NCBI RefSeq assembly: GCF_036321535.1 | Contig: NC_087437.1 | Coordinates: 26,042,001-26,106,000, forward strand | From: Camelus dromedarius | Lineage: Eukaryota | Reading direction: 5' to 3' | DNA length: 64,000 nt | In this document: positions 1 through 12,797 of the stretch, one piece after another | Numbering within the stretch: position 1 is the first letter of the stretch | Layout of the letters: each line of letters begins with the position of its first letter | Notes under the pieces: generated by a model | What the model was told of the DNA's origin: nothing | Databases searched by the model: none | What the model saw: only the letters and a program-made list of their open reading frames with translations | Program-made: the position numbers and the translations under genes

Positions 1-202
1 AAGGCCTTGCACAAGCCTGGAAGTGCCTGAGGCTACCAGAAGCCAGGTTAGAGGCCCAGAGCAGCCCTTCAGAGGGAGCAGGACCCTGCTGGCCCCTTGA
101 TATCAAACTTCTGGCCTCCAGAACTGTGAGACAGTAGTTTCTGCTGTTCTAAGCTGCCCAGTTCGTGGTGCTTGGTTGCGGCAGCCCTAGTAAACTGATG
201 CA
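1..202 (+). mobile_element. MaLR (MLT1-type) LTR, 3' part
   Basis: CTTCTGGCCTCCAGAACTGTGAGA...TGTTCTAAGC...GCAGCCCTAGTAAACTGATGCA resembles the MLT1 3' end. Confidence 0.8.
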
Positions 203-386
203 CCCCCTAATGTCCACTTTCTCAGCTGCGTGGTAGGCAAGTCAGATTCACTTTTTTCTCTCTGTTTCTTAACAAATTTTTCAAAAATTTTCATAATAAG
301 CTTAAAAATAACAAAAATACCCATTCTTCTCTTTTTCCATTATAATAGAAGTATCCATTTTTAGCTAGGCAAATGGCCAGCTAAGC

Positions 387-609
387 TAAAGTTCAGCAAA
401 CTCTTTCTTTAAAGGGCCAGATAGTAAATATTTAAGGCTTTGTGGGACAGATATGTTCACTGTCCCAACTGCTCAGTTCTGCCATTGTACCTGAAAAGCA
501 CCCATAGACAGTATGTAAGCAAGTGAGCGTGGCTGTGTTCCCATGACTCTAGTCACAAAAACAGACAGCAGAGCAGACTGGCCCGTGAGCCATAGCTTGC
601 TGACCCCTG
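387..609 (+). mobile_element. MER58A-like hAT-Charlie MITE
   Basis: AAAGGGCCAGATAGTAAATATTT...GGCTGTGTTCC...GCTGACCCCTG follows the MER58A consensus as I recall it over ~220 bp. Confidence 0.85.
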
Positions 610-899
610 ATCACGAGCACCTGCTACATGCCAGGCTCTACTCTACGAGCTGGGGATGCAGAGTGAGCAGCACAGTCAAGGCTCTGCCTCCTGGAGTTTG
701 GAAAATCTTGTTGTCGGCTGTGTCTTCAGCACCCTGTGCAGTGCAGGGCACACAACGTGCAGTCCAGAAATATTGAACAGTGAGTGACTGACAATCCCCT
801 GGCGGGATTGCTAGGCCAATGAGATGCTAACTAAAGCACAACAAAAGAATCTCCATTGGTAGTTTGAATCCTTAACAAGGTAAAACCAAACAAACCTAC

Positions 900-1900
900 A
901 TTAATAGGTTCTTATATGCACCAAAAACCACGTACAAGAATGATCATAGCAACGTGTTTCCTGGAAACAACCTAAATATCCATTCATAGAACTATGGGTA
1001 AACACACTGTGGTATATTCAAACAATGGAACACTATACAGCAAATGAAATGAGTAAACTACTGCCATATGAGACAACACACATGACTTTCAAAAACATTG
1101 CAAACTGAAACCATCCCCCTCAGCTTGGACACAGAGGACTGAAACCATAAACCGCTCCAAGGCTCACTGTCTGTCGTGATGTGATCATTCCACAGTCTTT
1201 GCTATCATAGCTTTACTACTCCGGGATGCTGTTGCCCAGGAAAATAACTTTATTGTTCATTATCAGAACTTCTGGAAAGACATCTCTTCAATAGAAACAT
1301 CAACAGTTTACATCTTGAGAGTCTTTGCACCTCTCACCTCAAAATCCTTGCTTTGCTGTTCCCATCAATCCTAAAAGATATCATAATCCTTATTAATCCT
1401 GTTGAAGCTCTCCCATCAAAAGACTCACCTTAAACCAGAATCAAAATCTCAAATTCAACTTTTTCCCTCCCTCTCCGACACGCTACCAAAACTCCTTCAC
1501 GGTGGTGTTCCCCCCGACGGCAGGAAGCAATACACCCAGTTTTGTCTTACAAACAGATTATTCCGGTAGTATTTCTGGAGCCAGCATTCAATAGCTTAAT
1601 GTTTAGTGAGAAAAACCAGACACAAAAGAGAACATGCTTTATGAATCAATTTATATTAAGTTCAGGAAAAGGCAAAACTAACGTATGCTAATGGAAATCA
1701 GAACTGTAGTTACTCTGGGGGAGTGTAGTGGTAGCGGGGTGCCTGTTGCCTGCGAGTGGACCTGAGAGAGGTTTCTGGGTGCTGGACATGTCCTGGCTTT
1801 TGATCTCCATGGTGATGACATGTGTATAAACATATGTAAAACTTATTGAGTTATACATTTTTCTGTGCATTTTACTGCCTGTAAGAAAAGTGGTTTTTAA
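900..1900 (+). mobile_element. Old L1M 3' fragment split by an LTR insertion (~1099-1593)
   Basis: L1 text ...CATGACTTTCAAAAACAT stops at 1098 and resumes TAATGTTTAGTGAGAAAAACCAGACACAAAAGAG at ~1597. Confidence 0.7.
1099..1593 (+). mobile_element. Solo ERV LTR (subfamily uncertain)
   Basis: ~495 bp insert starting TG and ending GGAGCCAGCATTCAATA, with a decayed poly(A) signal (AATACA) near its 3' end; interrupts the L1. Confidence 0.6.
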
Positions 1901-4569
1901 AAGATTTTTTAAATGTTTAAAAATGTAATAGGTGTCAAAGATCATGGGGAGAGCTGACTGTAGTTTTAGAACGACTATATTAGTTAACAGGTTTCCTTAA
2001 ACAACATGGAGTTGGGTATTCAGAGAGAGCCCAACCTGGTGACCTTGGTTTTGGTTTCAAACCATCCTAGGCTTTGTCTACATCTGAGACATGACGGGTC
2101 ATTGCAATTGGCCCTGAATCGTGCACATGAATCAGTGATTATTTGTACACATGTAACAAAGAAGGTTGTGGTGAGAATTAGCAAGTGGAACACTTCACAC
2201 AGAATCTTCCATGCCCAGGATGCAACTTGTGAATATAAACATCTTGAAATAGCCCCTCTTGGGGAACTAGAGTTTCTCCTTTAAAGACCTAGTGTGTGGA
2301 ATAGGGCATAGGGGGACTCACCACCTCTTTCTCTATTTTAAGGATTTAGCTACATCAGTCAACATTACATCCAGAGTTGTGTCTATAAAATTGGGAGAAG
2401 GGACAGTGTAGATGGTTTCCATTCTCATTATTTGAGATTCACCCATATTGTCTCATTTGCAGTAGTCGTTCTTTTAAAATGCTATGTAGTACAAAAGTGT
2501 GTGTGTTTGTGTGGTGAGTGTGTGCGTGTAAGAGAGAGAGAGGGGGGAAGAAAAAGAGAGGAAGAAAGAGAGATTGATTGATCATTTCCAGAAATTAACA
2601 TGAAGTCTAGCTCCAGAAAAGCCTAGTAGACTTCTGTCACTGCAGAGTCATCAAAATAAGTATCTAAATTGACAAATATGCACACACAAAAATATTTCAC
2701 GTGAAAAGGGAAGGAGGAACAGTTTGTACCAGCCGAGGGTGGGTAACTCAATTCCTCTCCTTGTTAAGACACGTTGGATCATTTTCACAAACCAGGCTGG
2801 GCCAAGTCCTGTAAACCCACTCTGTTGTTAAGCCTTCTCTCCACTCAGAAAAGTAAAATGAGAAAAATTCAGGCTTTGCTACAAAATGCCCTGATAAAGG
2901 GCCAATGCTCAAAGTAAAGGTATTTCATTACGATCAGTTTTTAAGTGAAAAAAACAGATACATATCTGATGTTTATAAAAATATCATTTAGTTGTTAGAC
3001 TAAGTAGATACCATGTCCCTACATTTCCCAAACACAGAGTGGGAATTACTGCCTCTCCATAGTATTTTTAGCCTGTGGTTCCTGCCTGTCTCACCTGGCC
3101 CATCCCTCTGCCTAATTGCAGACACAATTATTCTCCAGTGTTTACCGTAGAAGGACCCCTCTGTTCACCCACAAGAACAATGGTTTTCTCATACACTTGG
3201 GGAGTTTCCTTTAGACTGCGGGACACTCCCTGAATGATTTGAGGACTGAATCTTTCTTTTATTGTTTTTGTTTTCTCTCCAAAAGTCACCTGTGTTTATT
3301 GGAGACACTTCTGTAAGTATAGATAAGCAAAATGCATCAAAACAAAAATCACCCAGAATCTTATCCAAATTACTTTTTAGTGTATATATACATATGTTAT
3401 AAATATAAATATGCGTAATTTTTTATTGTGCTGACTACATTTTATCAAACCAGTTCCTCGTTGTCAGACATTTAGGCTCTTGTCATTTCATTTGGTATAA
3501 ACAATGCTCCCAAAATTATCCCTGGAAACTGAACATACTTGATGATTCTCTTAAAATATTTTTCTAAAAGTAAAAATATTGGGTCAAAAGGATGGGCAGA
3601 CTTTATAGGTTGTTGCTTTTCTGAAAAGTTGCGCCAAATCCCAGGCCTGGAAACACAATCCAGGAGACCTCACACACATACAAAAACCAAATTGTAGTGA
3701 AGATACCATTCCATCAGTTTCCTTAGATCTCAATTCAAGAGCTTTCTTTACTGTAAAGGGTGATTGGAAAATTTGGTAATTACTGTAAAAATGACACTCA
3801 GAGGGAATTATCTAACCTTGAGGCCATGTGTGCTATTCAGGTGATTCAGATTCTACAGGAATTTTTGTTTTTATGTTGCCAGGTGATAATGAGCCGTCTC
3901 GGTACAACCCCCGAGGAAATTCCCGGCCAAATTGACGGGTTTAGAATATTGCAGACCAATGGTGTGAGCTATGAATAGAAATAAACCAGGACAGAAGGGA
4001 ATTCGTGTCAGCTATTTCCTCCGGACAGTGGCAATGTCTACTGTTAAGGGATTTACAAACTAGGGTAGACTTTGAGTCTCTCAAATTTGGACTCTGGAAA
4101 GGGAACGATTGAGGGTCACAGGGGACTCTCAAATGGGACTCTCACTGTTCAGCGGGTGGAGAGTCTGAGTTCCAGCGCTGGTGGGGACAACACCCCAGCA
4201 CCGGGGCAGAGGCAGCAGAGGAGTGGAGGGGCCAGGAGAGAAGTGGGTTTTTGTGTTAGACTGACCTGGGTTCAATGATAGCTTTTTTACTTGCTAAAGA
4301 GGTAGCCTCGGGCTTAACCTTAACCTCTGTGGGACTACTTAACCTCTCTGATCTTTGACTCTGTTAAGTGGAGACAAGTGCCTCCTTCTAGGTCTATTGA
4401 AAGATTTCAGCATAGAAACTTGAGTATGGTAATTGACACAGAGATGAACTCAATAGTTATTAGTACTATCATGGATAATAATTATTACCACCTTTTCTTC
4501 TGAGGATAGCTTTAGGAGGAAAAAAGTGCTTATGACTGGTCATTATACCTCTTTTTCAGATCCTCTGTT

Positions 4570-5100
4570 GCAAGGGTTCTTAACCTGATGTCCCAGAACT
4601 CCTAAGAGGCCCATGGATAGATATCTGGAAGGTAGGGGGTTAAATTGGATGGGAAAAAAAAATTTGCCATTGTTTTTATTAACCTCTAACGAAAATTTAG
4701 TATTTCCTTTATTATGACAGCATGCAGCAAATCACAGCACTGTGAGCGATGCTGACCATACTTTGGTCAACAATACAAAATTACTTATCTCTTCATATCA
4801 CATGAAAATTGTTGCACATACCTCAAAATATTTCAGTTGGAATCATATTTCAAAAGTACAGTAGTTCTTAGATCCCCGACTCATCAGCCCGCTGCTGGAT
4901 CACATGTGATCCCTGTTTTCCTGTCTGCAGATGTTGGCGTGGTGGAACTGGCCACCAAGACAACTATATTATAATTAAATATTCGGATAAATTGGTTTAC
5001 TTTGTCATCCTATGCCCTTTGTTTTTTGCATTTTAAACAATATTCTTCACCGGAGTCTGTAAGCTTTGATGGAGGCACAAGAAAGATGAGAACTCTTCAA
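4570..5100 (+). mobile_element. hAT-Charlie non-autonomous element (MER113/Charlie4-like), copy 1
   Basis: CAAGGGTTCTTAACCTG start; TTGGATGGGAAAAAAAA...AACCTCTAACGAAAATTTAGTATTTCCTT; homologous to copies at 29.5 kb and 35.4 kb. Confidence 0.75.
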
Positions 5101-5155
5101 TTAGGAGACCTCACTCTCAGGAGGGGCTCTGCTAACTCATAGGTAGGGGAGCTAT

Positions 5156-5280
5156 TTTTGGGGGGTTGCGGAGGAGTAATTAGGTTTATTTACTTATTTA
5201 TTTAAATGGAGGTACTAGGGATTGAACCCAAGACCCCATGCATGCTAGGCACGTGCTCTACCTGAGCTATACCTCCCCCT
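5156..5280 (-). mobile_element. Vic-1-like camelid tRNA-derived SINE (long form)
   Basis: Reverse complement GGGGAGGTATAGCTCAG...GGGTTCAATCCCTAGTACCTCC with Pol III A/B boxes and an AAATAAACCTAATTAC tail. Confidence 0.88.
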
Positions 5281-5696
5281 AGGGAACTTCTTTGTGAACT
5301 CACTTGTCTGTTGCGCCGGTCAAAAGCAGACAATGTCTGTAGACAATCCCCACTAGGTCAGAGGATCCTGTCACTTGAGAGGGCCTCCCTCTGTACAACA
5401 GATGTAAAACATCAAGAGAGAAAATGTCTGTGACCTTCCCCAGGAGCCGGATGTCTGGAGCACCCAGTGGAAAGGAAAGTTGCCCAACTAGAGTGATGGC
5501 CCCAAGGGATGGCAGAGCAAAGTCAGTGCATGGCCAGCTGAGGAGGGCAGACAAGGAGGGAGAGGATGCAGAAGAGAAAGTGTAATAAAGAAGCCAGAAG
5601 AACAAAGCCCTTAGCAATAGGGGCTGTACAACCTGCAGACTGAAAAAAAAAAAAAAAAAAGGAGGAACTTGAAACAAAGGACAATGAAACTAAACA

Positions 5697-6551
5697 ACAC
5701 AATGGTAGTGAATACTTTATTTTGTTGTATTTAAAACAAGCAAATTTGGAGGGAGTATTTCCTCATGGTCCCCCTCCCCTTCGCCCCCATTTTCCCATGA
5801 TGCTGATCAACTGCTTTATTCCATTTCCCATCTTTCTTCTTGTCCAGTTATCCAGGCCTTTCCCTTTTTAAATACATGGTCCTTAGTCTTGTCTTTGAAG
5901 GACAAAGAGCTTCCCATGTGTTAGGAAAATGTAGGGTCTGGCAGTCCCTGTAACAACTCGCCGTATCGCATGTTCTGACTCGTTCGTTTGGCTTCGAGCA
6001 TTCGCAATCTGTTCTCCGATTCTGGGGAAGTATCTGTCTCTTTCAGAACACGAAACAGTTCAAAAGGCCACTTTCTAAAGATTTGCAGGCATATGACTGG
6101 GAAACACCATATAAACAGTGAGAAAATAAATCTTTTCAGGTGGTCATATTTTCTCCTCCATGGTCTTACAAAAAGCAACTAGAAATCTTTCATTTAATAA
6201 ACACATGCACATATAAATATATACAATAGCCATTGGAATGTGGTATTTATCCTTGTAATGTTTCTCAAAAACATTACTTCAGACCAGAGTTTATCTCAGA
6301 TAGTCTGAGAACTGTCACTCAGTCAGTAAACTACCTCCAGAGTGTGTTTTATTTTCTAATTCCTAAAAAAGTTTGATTGCTACGTTCGAACACTGACAAC
6401 ACGTGAGGATGCCAGTCTTTATACACACTTATAAAAGTAGAACATGTGGCGTATAATACACTAGTACAAAGTTTTACAAATTAATACAAGTAAAATATAT
6501 AAATTACAGTGACATCGAGGAAGATTGTGGTTCTGTCTTGGAGTGGTTCTC
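5697..6551 (-). other. TM4SF1: TM4SF1 3' UTR (to the distal poly(A) site; end approximate)
   Basis: AT-rich sequence with no recognisable repeat after the stop codon, ending at AATAAA (5721-5716) followed by GT/T-rich sequence. Confidence 0.75.
5716..5721 (-). terminator. Distal polyadenylation signal AATAAA
   Basis: Minus-strand AATAAA followed about 15-50 nt later by TTGTGTTGTTTAGTTTCATTGTCCTTTGTTT, a typical GU-rich downstream element. Confidence 0.75.
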
Positions 6552-6566
6552 TTAGCAGTCGTATTG
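6552..6566 (-). CDS. TM4SF1: TM4SF1 terminal coding segment (QYDC*), exon 5
   Basis: Acceptor TTTTCATTACAG|CAA TAC GAC TGC TAA. Exon total 177+90+146+181+15 = 609 nt = 202 aa plus stop, matching the known TM4SF1 length and YDC C-terminus. Confidence 0.95.
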   Translation of the reverse strand, partial: QYDC

Positions 6567-8447
6567 CTGTAATGAAAATGAAATATGCATCAGGTTTTGT
6601 TCAGGCTTAACAAACAACAATGACATTTCAGTGCTTTACATTCCTGTTTTTAGCAAACATAAAGCAGACTGGTCTCAGCTGCAGCAGCGGTTTGGGGAAC
6701 AACACTGGGAGCTTAGATGATGCTCACAAAATGTTACCTAATCAAACCAGACCATTGTCCTTCCCAAGTGAAAGCTGCAGAAAGGGTTCGTGGAAACCAC
6801 AGCTTACAATGCTTGGTTGGCTTTGAATATACTCGGGGTGGGTTTTTAATCTCAGGGTTTTAAGAGCTAATGCCATGGGAGTTTTATACTGGAGCCGGCT
6901 CAGCATTTGAATGAAATGCTTCCAGGTTACAGATTTGACTCAGGTACACTGAAAAGCTTGCTCTTTGAAACAGTCTTTTGTCTTACAAACAAATGTAACA
7001 GATCTGCCCTGCAGTGTCTGGGAAGAAGCCATCCCTACTGAGACTCAGATGGGAAACCCAGTGGGACTACTGGTCCGCCCCACTCCCCCGAACTCAGAGG
7101 AGAGTATCATTCTGCCAAACCACTACAGCAATTTTGGTCATTGACACATGATGCCTGTCCCCAAAATGCACAAGCGCTGAAGTCCACCTAATTTAAACTC
7201 TGCCTTGTAGGAAATTCAAGGCTAAAAATAGATTGTTTTACAGTAATCCCAGGAGCACTCTCCTCTGCCTCTCCCCAGCCATACTGCCTGGAAACAACTC
7301 CATATTGAAGGTTTCCCACTCTTGTTTTCTTGGAAATTTGGCAGGCCCCCAAGGCAATTATTAATCTTGCTGTGCTGGCCTGATAAGGAAAACTAGATTT
7401 TTATTTTAGCTTCCCCTCAAAAAATGATAGAAAGTTTCCATTTATTTACAGCTGAGTTTTTCACGGTAGCAATGGGCTTTTTAGTTTTCATTAGATTCTG
7501 CCTGATTTTCAAAGAAAGTTCAGAAACCTTGAGCCATCAGAGTAAATGGTCAGGAAAATACAAATTAAATAAGGATTGTTTCCCTAATCCTCTTTTATAG
7601 AATAAGACATAAAACAAAGCCCTTGAAATTGGACCCAAACTGGACTTCCATCAGTTCAGTGATATATGTATTTTAGGGGAATAAAGGAACAAGAACTTTC
7701 CCGGCTGCTAACAAATGCATATTTCTCTTCGAAATCATATCCCCAGGAAACAAGTGCTTCCTGGTTTTCTTTCACAGTGAAAGGCTTTGAACGAACTGCT
7801 ATTCAAAGGCTGCTAGTGATTCTCTAAGCTTAACTGTTGGGACATTATTGTGACTCCTTATCAGGAAGGAACCGCAGAAAACCCAGCAGAACAGCATGTG
7901 TTGTTGTGCACAGGTTAAGAGCAGGTGCTGTGGCATTAAATGACCCAGGGTTTGAAGCCTGTTGCTTCCTGATGAAATGATTTTAGAAGCATTGCTTCAT
8001 CTCCGTGTCACAGGCTCATCTGACACCAAGGCTGAGCGCAATGCCTAGTGCAATGGATGTTGCCTATTATTTGTGTACATCATTTAGGGGCATGAGAACA
8101 AGCAAAGAGAAGGCACTTCTTTCGTGTCTCTGCAGCCAGAGCAGGGGTAGTGAAAGGGGCACTAGGTTAGGTCCTGAGGGGGACACTTTGTCTCTGGGTG
8201 ACATTTTCTTATATACAGAGAGCAACTACAAAGAACCAAGATAACCCAGTGACAGTCATACTCAAGGAAGCTCACTACTGAGAGCAAAACAGAGTGCTGT
8301 AAATATTTTGCTGCAAAGACGATGTAGGAATAAATGCTGGTAGGTTGAGGGGGGATTTTGCCCTTTCTCTCTATGATGAACACAATGATGCCTGGTGGTA
8401 ACTGAATACCCGAGGGCCAGGCTTTGACATTTCTCACAGCTTCTTAC

Positions 8448-8628
8448 CTGTTGGCGAGAGCAGCAATAGCCACATATGCCTCCAAGCAGTCCATTTATTA
8501 CTTGAATGAGACACAAGATAAATTCAATTCCACCAAGTGCCAAGAGGATAGAAAACAGAGAGACATTCCATTCCACAACGTGCTTGGGTTCCTTGCACTG
8601 GGACCATGTGGAGCTATCCAGAAGGTAG
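8448..8628 (-). CDS. TM4SF1: TM4SF1 coding exon 4 (181 nt)
   Basis: Acceptor TTTTATCCCCAG|C completes CAC (His); then [60 protein letters not shown]; donor CAG|GTAAGA. Confidence 0.97.
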
Positions 8629-10619
8629 CTGGGGATAAAAAGAGAAACTTTGACACACGGTCACATCCACGGGGAAGTCTCATAAGCCTACTTTTTGTAC
8701 AGGGTTTTGTCATTCAGAAAAAATGAAATATATTCACTCAGTGACTTAGATTTTTCCACTCCAAGTCATTCCACAAAATGAAGAATTCAGCCCAGCTCTT
8801 GTTGCAATGAAAAACATAAAATTCCACAAAGATTATCGAGCACTCAGTGTGAGTTAGACCTGGTGCCCAGGCTGGGGATATAATGGCATGGACTCTGTCC
8901 TGGAAGAACAGAACTTAAGAGAAGAACTAGCAGGCAATGTCAATTCGACAAGTTCACTGATCAGGTAAACTCAGTGTCAAAGGGCCGCAGAGGAAGGACA
9001 CCTTCCTTAGGCCAGAGAGAACAGCTGCATATGTGTCTATTCCACAGGTCTGAACTCCATAAGGCAGGAACCAGACCTACTCATTATTGTATATCCAACC
9101 CCTAGACCAGTATTCACTAAGTAACACATTTTAAAAGTAATTAAATGATAAATAACAATCCATTGTCACTTTGTGAAATGTTGGCAAACCATACTGGGGT
9201 CACTATTTGAATATATTATATGTATTCATTCTTAATGAGATAGGATTCAATCAGCTGGGAAAATCTAGGCTTGACTTAATTCCACAAAGAGGTCTGCTAT
9301 AATTCTTTCCTTATCACTTCTTCCTGCCACAACTGATTAAAGGGACTGGGAATTAGAGACCTAACTTTAAAATGGTTCACTGAGCCAGTCAGAAATTTAA
9401 TTCATTGATTTAAAAAAATTAAAAGTCTGTGTTTCTGGTCCTGTATTTCTACATATAAGTGGAACAAAAATCCATAATTTCAAGGAACAGTGGGAAAAAT
9501 TCAAGGAAAAATTCTTTGGCCCCAGTTGGCTATTGAGGAAAAAAATCACTGGCTTGTTATTCCCATATTGAAATCTCTGGACAAGTGGAAATGAGGAATG
9601 ACATAGACGCTTCTTGCAGAAGCTGGAGTGGGTCACGGGAGGGAAGGGCTCACAGTCAGCTCTAAAAAGCATTTAGTGATACTCTCACCTCTCCACGGAT
9701 TTCAGCTGCGTTAATCTTAACTTTTTTAAAGGTGGGTTTATGCAGTAGTTTGCATGTTTGTGCATACATGAATAATCAGTTTCTACTGGTCCATTCAGTA
9801 TGTTCTGAACAAAGTATGAAAAGTATGATCTGAAAAATCACGATCAATAGCAACTGTGAACACCAAAATTTCAAACTCCTGTAAGTGTTGATTTTCCTTC
9901 AGAAGTGACTATTGAGCTGTCCTCATTGTAAACTAATAGTTAACACTGACAGTTAATGGCAATGCTCACCATGTGTCAGCTTCTGCGACAACTACCTTAC
10001 ATAGAGTATCTTATTAATCCTCCTGACAACTGCCATTGGTTTGATTTTACAGACGGAATAACAGAGGTGCAGAAAGCTCAGTTCACTTTTTCTTGGTTAC
10101 TGAGAGAGTAAATGCAGAGCTGGGGTTGAACACGGGTCTAATTCTATATCCATGATCTCATGACCTCACTATGTGCTAAATAATTCATGGTGAGACAAAC
10201 ATCCTTGAAAATATAAGAGCAATTCAAATTCATTATTCATATATCTTCACTCATGAATCTCATGACTAAACCGTCCATAATCCAAAACAGGATGTCATTC
10301 ATTTATGATTATGTACATCAGTTTTTATCAGCTACTTCTGTTCTTTTCTCAGTAATGGGTAAGACATGAATGCCAACATAAAGCAATGGAGCCACTTAAA
10401 TTTCCTGATGTTAAAGTCATAAATAAGACCTATCTTATACAGCCTGGTCATTTTAAATAAAGGGTGTGCTATGCATAGTTATTATGCTATATGTGCATAT
10501 GTTTGGGGGTTGGGGGTAGTAGGATTTACCTGAGCTTTGGTTAAATTCATATAGTTTTCATCCATATTATACACAGATCCCCTAATACTTTCTTATAAAG
10601 TAGTAAAATCAGCCAATTG

Positions 10620-10830
10620 TGCTGGCATAGTATACACACCATATAAGCACAAACTTTACAGCCAGGCTGCCTGGGTTCAAATCCTGACTGCCATGTCTTA
10701 GCAATGGGAGACTTTGAATAAGTTATTTCATCTCTCTGTGCCTCTGTTTCCTCATCTGTAAAATGGGAGCAACAGTGGAAGTCATCTCATGGGATTATCA
10801 TGAGGACTGAGTGGGTGAATCCACTAAAAA
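10620..10830 (+). mobile_element. MIR SINE in TM4SF1 intron 3
   Basis: CTGGGTTCAAATCCTG...CTCTGTGCCTCTGTTTCCTCATCTGTAAAATGGG MIR core. Confidence 0.85.
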
Positions 10831-11022
10831 GCTTCCCCAGGTCAGGGACAGAGCCTCCATCCTGCCACACCCAGTGCCTAGATTGTGCCTGAGTCTGTGA
10901 GAATAATAAAACAGGTTGAGTGGATAGATGACTGGATGATTGATAATTTTTCGTTTGATGGGTTTAGCACTATACACACGTGGTGGGTAAGAATGTGCCA
11001 CCGGATGGGGGACAATACTTAC

Positions 11023-11168
11023 TGCCCCTCCGTGTTGGCAAAGGTGTAGTTCCACTGGCCGGTGTTATCAAGGCACACTGGTCCTTCCGCTAAGCCCAGC
11101 GCTGCCACGATGACGCAGTAGCCAGATCCTGTAATTCCAACGAGAGCAGCCAGGATAGAAGACAGCAT
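11023..11168 (-). CDS. TM4SF1: TM4SF1 coding exon 3 (146 nt)
   Basis: Acceptor TCCTTTCCCTAG|; translates [48 protein letters not shown] plus CA; contains an NYT glycosylation sequon; donor CA|GTAAGT, phase 2. Confidence 0.96.
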
Positions 11169-11269
11169 CTAGGGAAAGGAGAAACCCCGGGAGTGAGGCG
11201 CGTTGCGTCCACGGCTGTGCCTCGGGAACCCCCTCCCCACCCCCCCAACCCCGGAGCCGGAGGACCTAC

Positions 11270-11359
11270 CGAGCACCTCTTGCCGCAGTTTTCGTGGCCG
11301 CAGCAGCCACAGCAGTCATCCTGCTCCAGGCCGATGAAGACGAATGCCGGCAGGAATAT
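11270..11359 (-). CDS. TM4SF1: TM4SF1 coding exon 2 (90 nt)
   Basis: Acceptor TTTCTAACCAG|; translates [30 protein letters not shown] (Cys-rich loop of the L6 family); donor TCG|GTAGGT. Confidence 0.97.
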
Positions 11360-12797
11360 CTGGTTAGAAAACAGGCAGACTGAAGTCACTGTCTTTCCCC
11401 AGGCCCATAAGGGTCAGTCAGGCTAAGCATTTTTGGGTAAAATATTTTTCTTTGTGACACGGCTGAGTGTCTTTGGATTAGGTGGACCAAGAATCTCAAA
11501 GAATGTAAAACCCTGAGGAGGAAAAACAACCTCTCAGTGTAATATCCGCTTGTTTTCATGTAGTGTTTCACATTAGGTAGGGTCAGGGCGCAGCGCGAGA
11601 AGTAAAATAATTCCTTGTGAATGTGTTTATCCCGTAAGCGTTCACAACGTAGTTTCAGAAACAAACTCTGGTTCGAAACTATTAAGCCCTGTCTTTAAAT
11701 CTGTTTGTTTGTTTTTGTTTGTTTTCCCTTGTAAAGCATAGAAGATAACAACAAATCTTTAACAGAATAACTGAAACTTTTTTTATAAGCAGGAGAGATG
11801 AAAGCTGTGTATACTAAATGTGATCTGCTTCTTTGAAAATACCACCACACGGTTGTAGCTTCACAATAAAGCTCTTAAGGTAAGTTTGAAATACTTAGAG
11901 TTCAAGATCAAAAGAAATATAAACCAACACAAAGTTGTATTAAAGACGAATCATTATGTTAGCATGGATAGCAATGCTCAAATTCAAAGTAGAGTTGCCA
12001 TGCCAGATGTAGTATATTAAGTTTAAATATCCTTTATCTGACTAAGAAAAATATTCCTTATGGTGTTAGCAATTCTTTCAAAATTCTCAATCCCAGCATT
12101 TCTAAGTGGCAAACTCAAGTTTGTCCACATTTTTTCCATGCTGTGGTTAAGGCTAATACTTTCAGCTCCCAGGTTGGCAGGCAAATTCCTCTCACTTCAC
12201 TTATAAGCAAACTTTGGGGAAAAAAAATACATTCCGCTATTAGCTTTAGACACTGATTTGCTGTGAACTGAAGGATTTTTCCTAAATGCCACACCCCAGT
12301 CTTACATAAAGGAGAAAATTTATAGTTCTTTCTAAATAGCCATGCACTCACAATTCATTATTTTGCCCTGTCACAGACACCTGAGAATAAACAGCAAAGA
12401 ATTTAGATCCAAAATTCCATTGATTTAGACAGAGAACCAGCCTACCCCTCCCAGCTCCCCAGAGCCCAGAGCAAATGTTCAGTGACTGCCAGCTCCAGTG
12501 CCAGAAACTCTAGTTTCTCAAATCTGATTTAAAAGCTATTTTCTGTTTCAAGCTGTAAAATAAGAGAGTTTAGCAAAAAGGGAGTTCACTTTTTGTTGAA
12601 AGGGGATTTTGTAAAACATCTAATCAAATGAATACACTATACGTAAGTCTCAACTTGCATATAATCTGCTTTCAAAAGAAGAATGAACAAAAATCCTAAA
12701 TTTGGAAATACGCTTTAGAGAAACTTTTCTATGAAAACAGCTTGTTTAACAGGAGAGCATTTTTTTTTTAAGGTTGAAATCATTCTGAACGACTTAC

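Noticed and set aside
5300..6182. ORFs in and just beyond the 3' UTR (125, 85 and 64 aa)
   Set aside because: Low-complexity or non-ATG starts with no recognisable homology; consistent with chance.
11615..11647. Hairpin TTGTGAA...TTCACAA in intron 1
   Set aside because: Only 7 perfect base pairs on the transcribed strand; too short for a miRNA precursor and plausible by chance.
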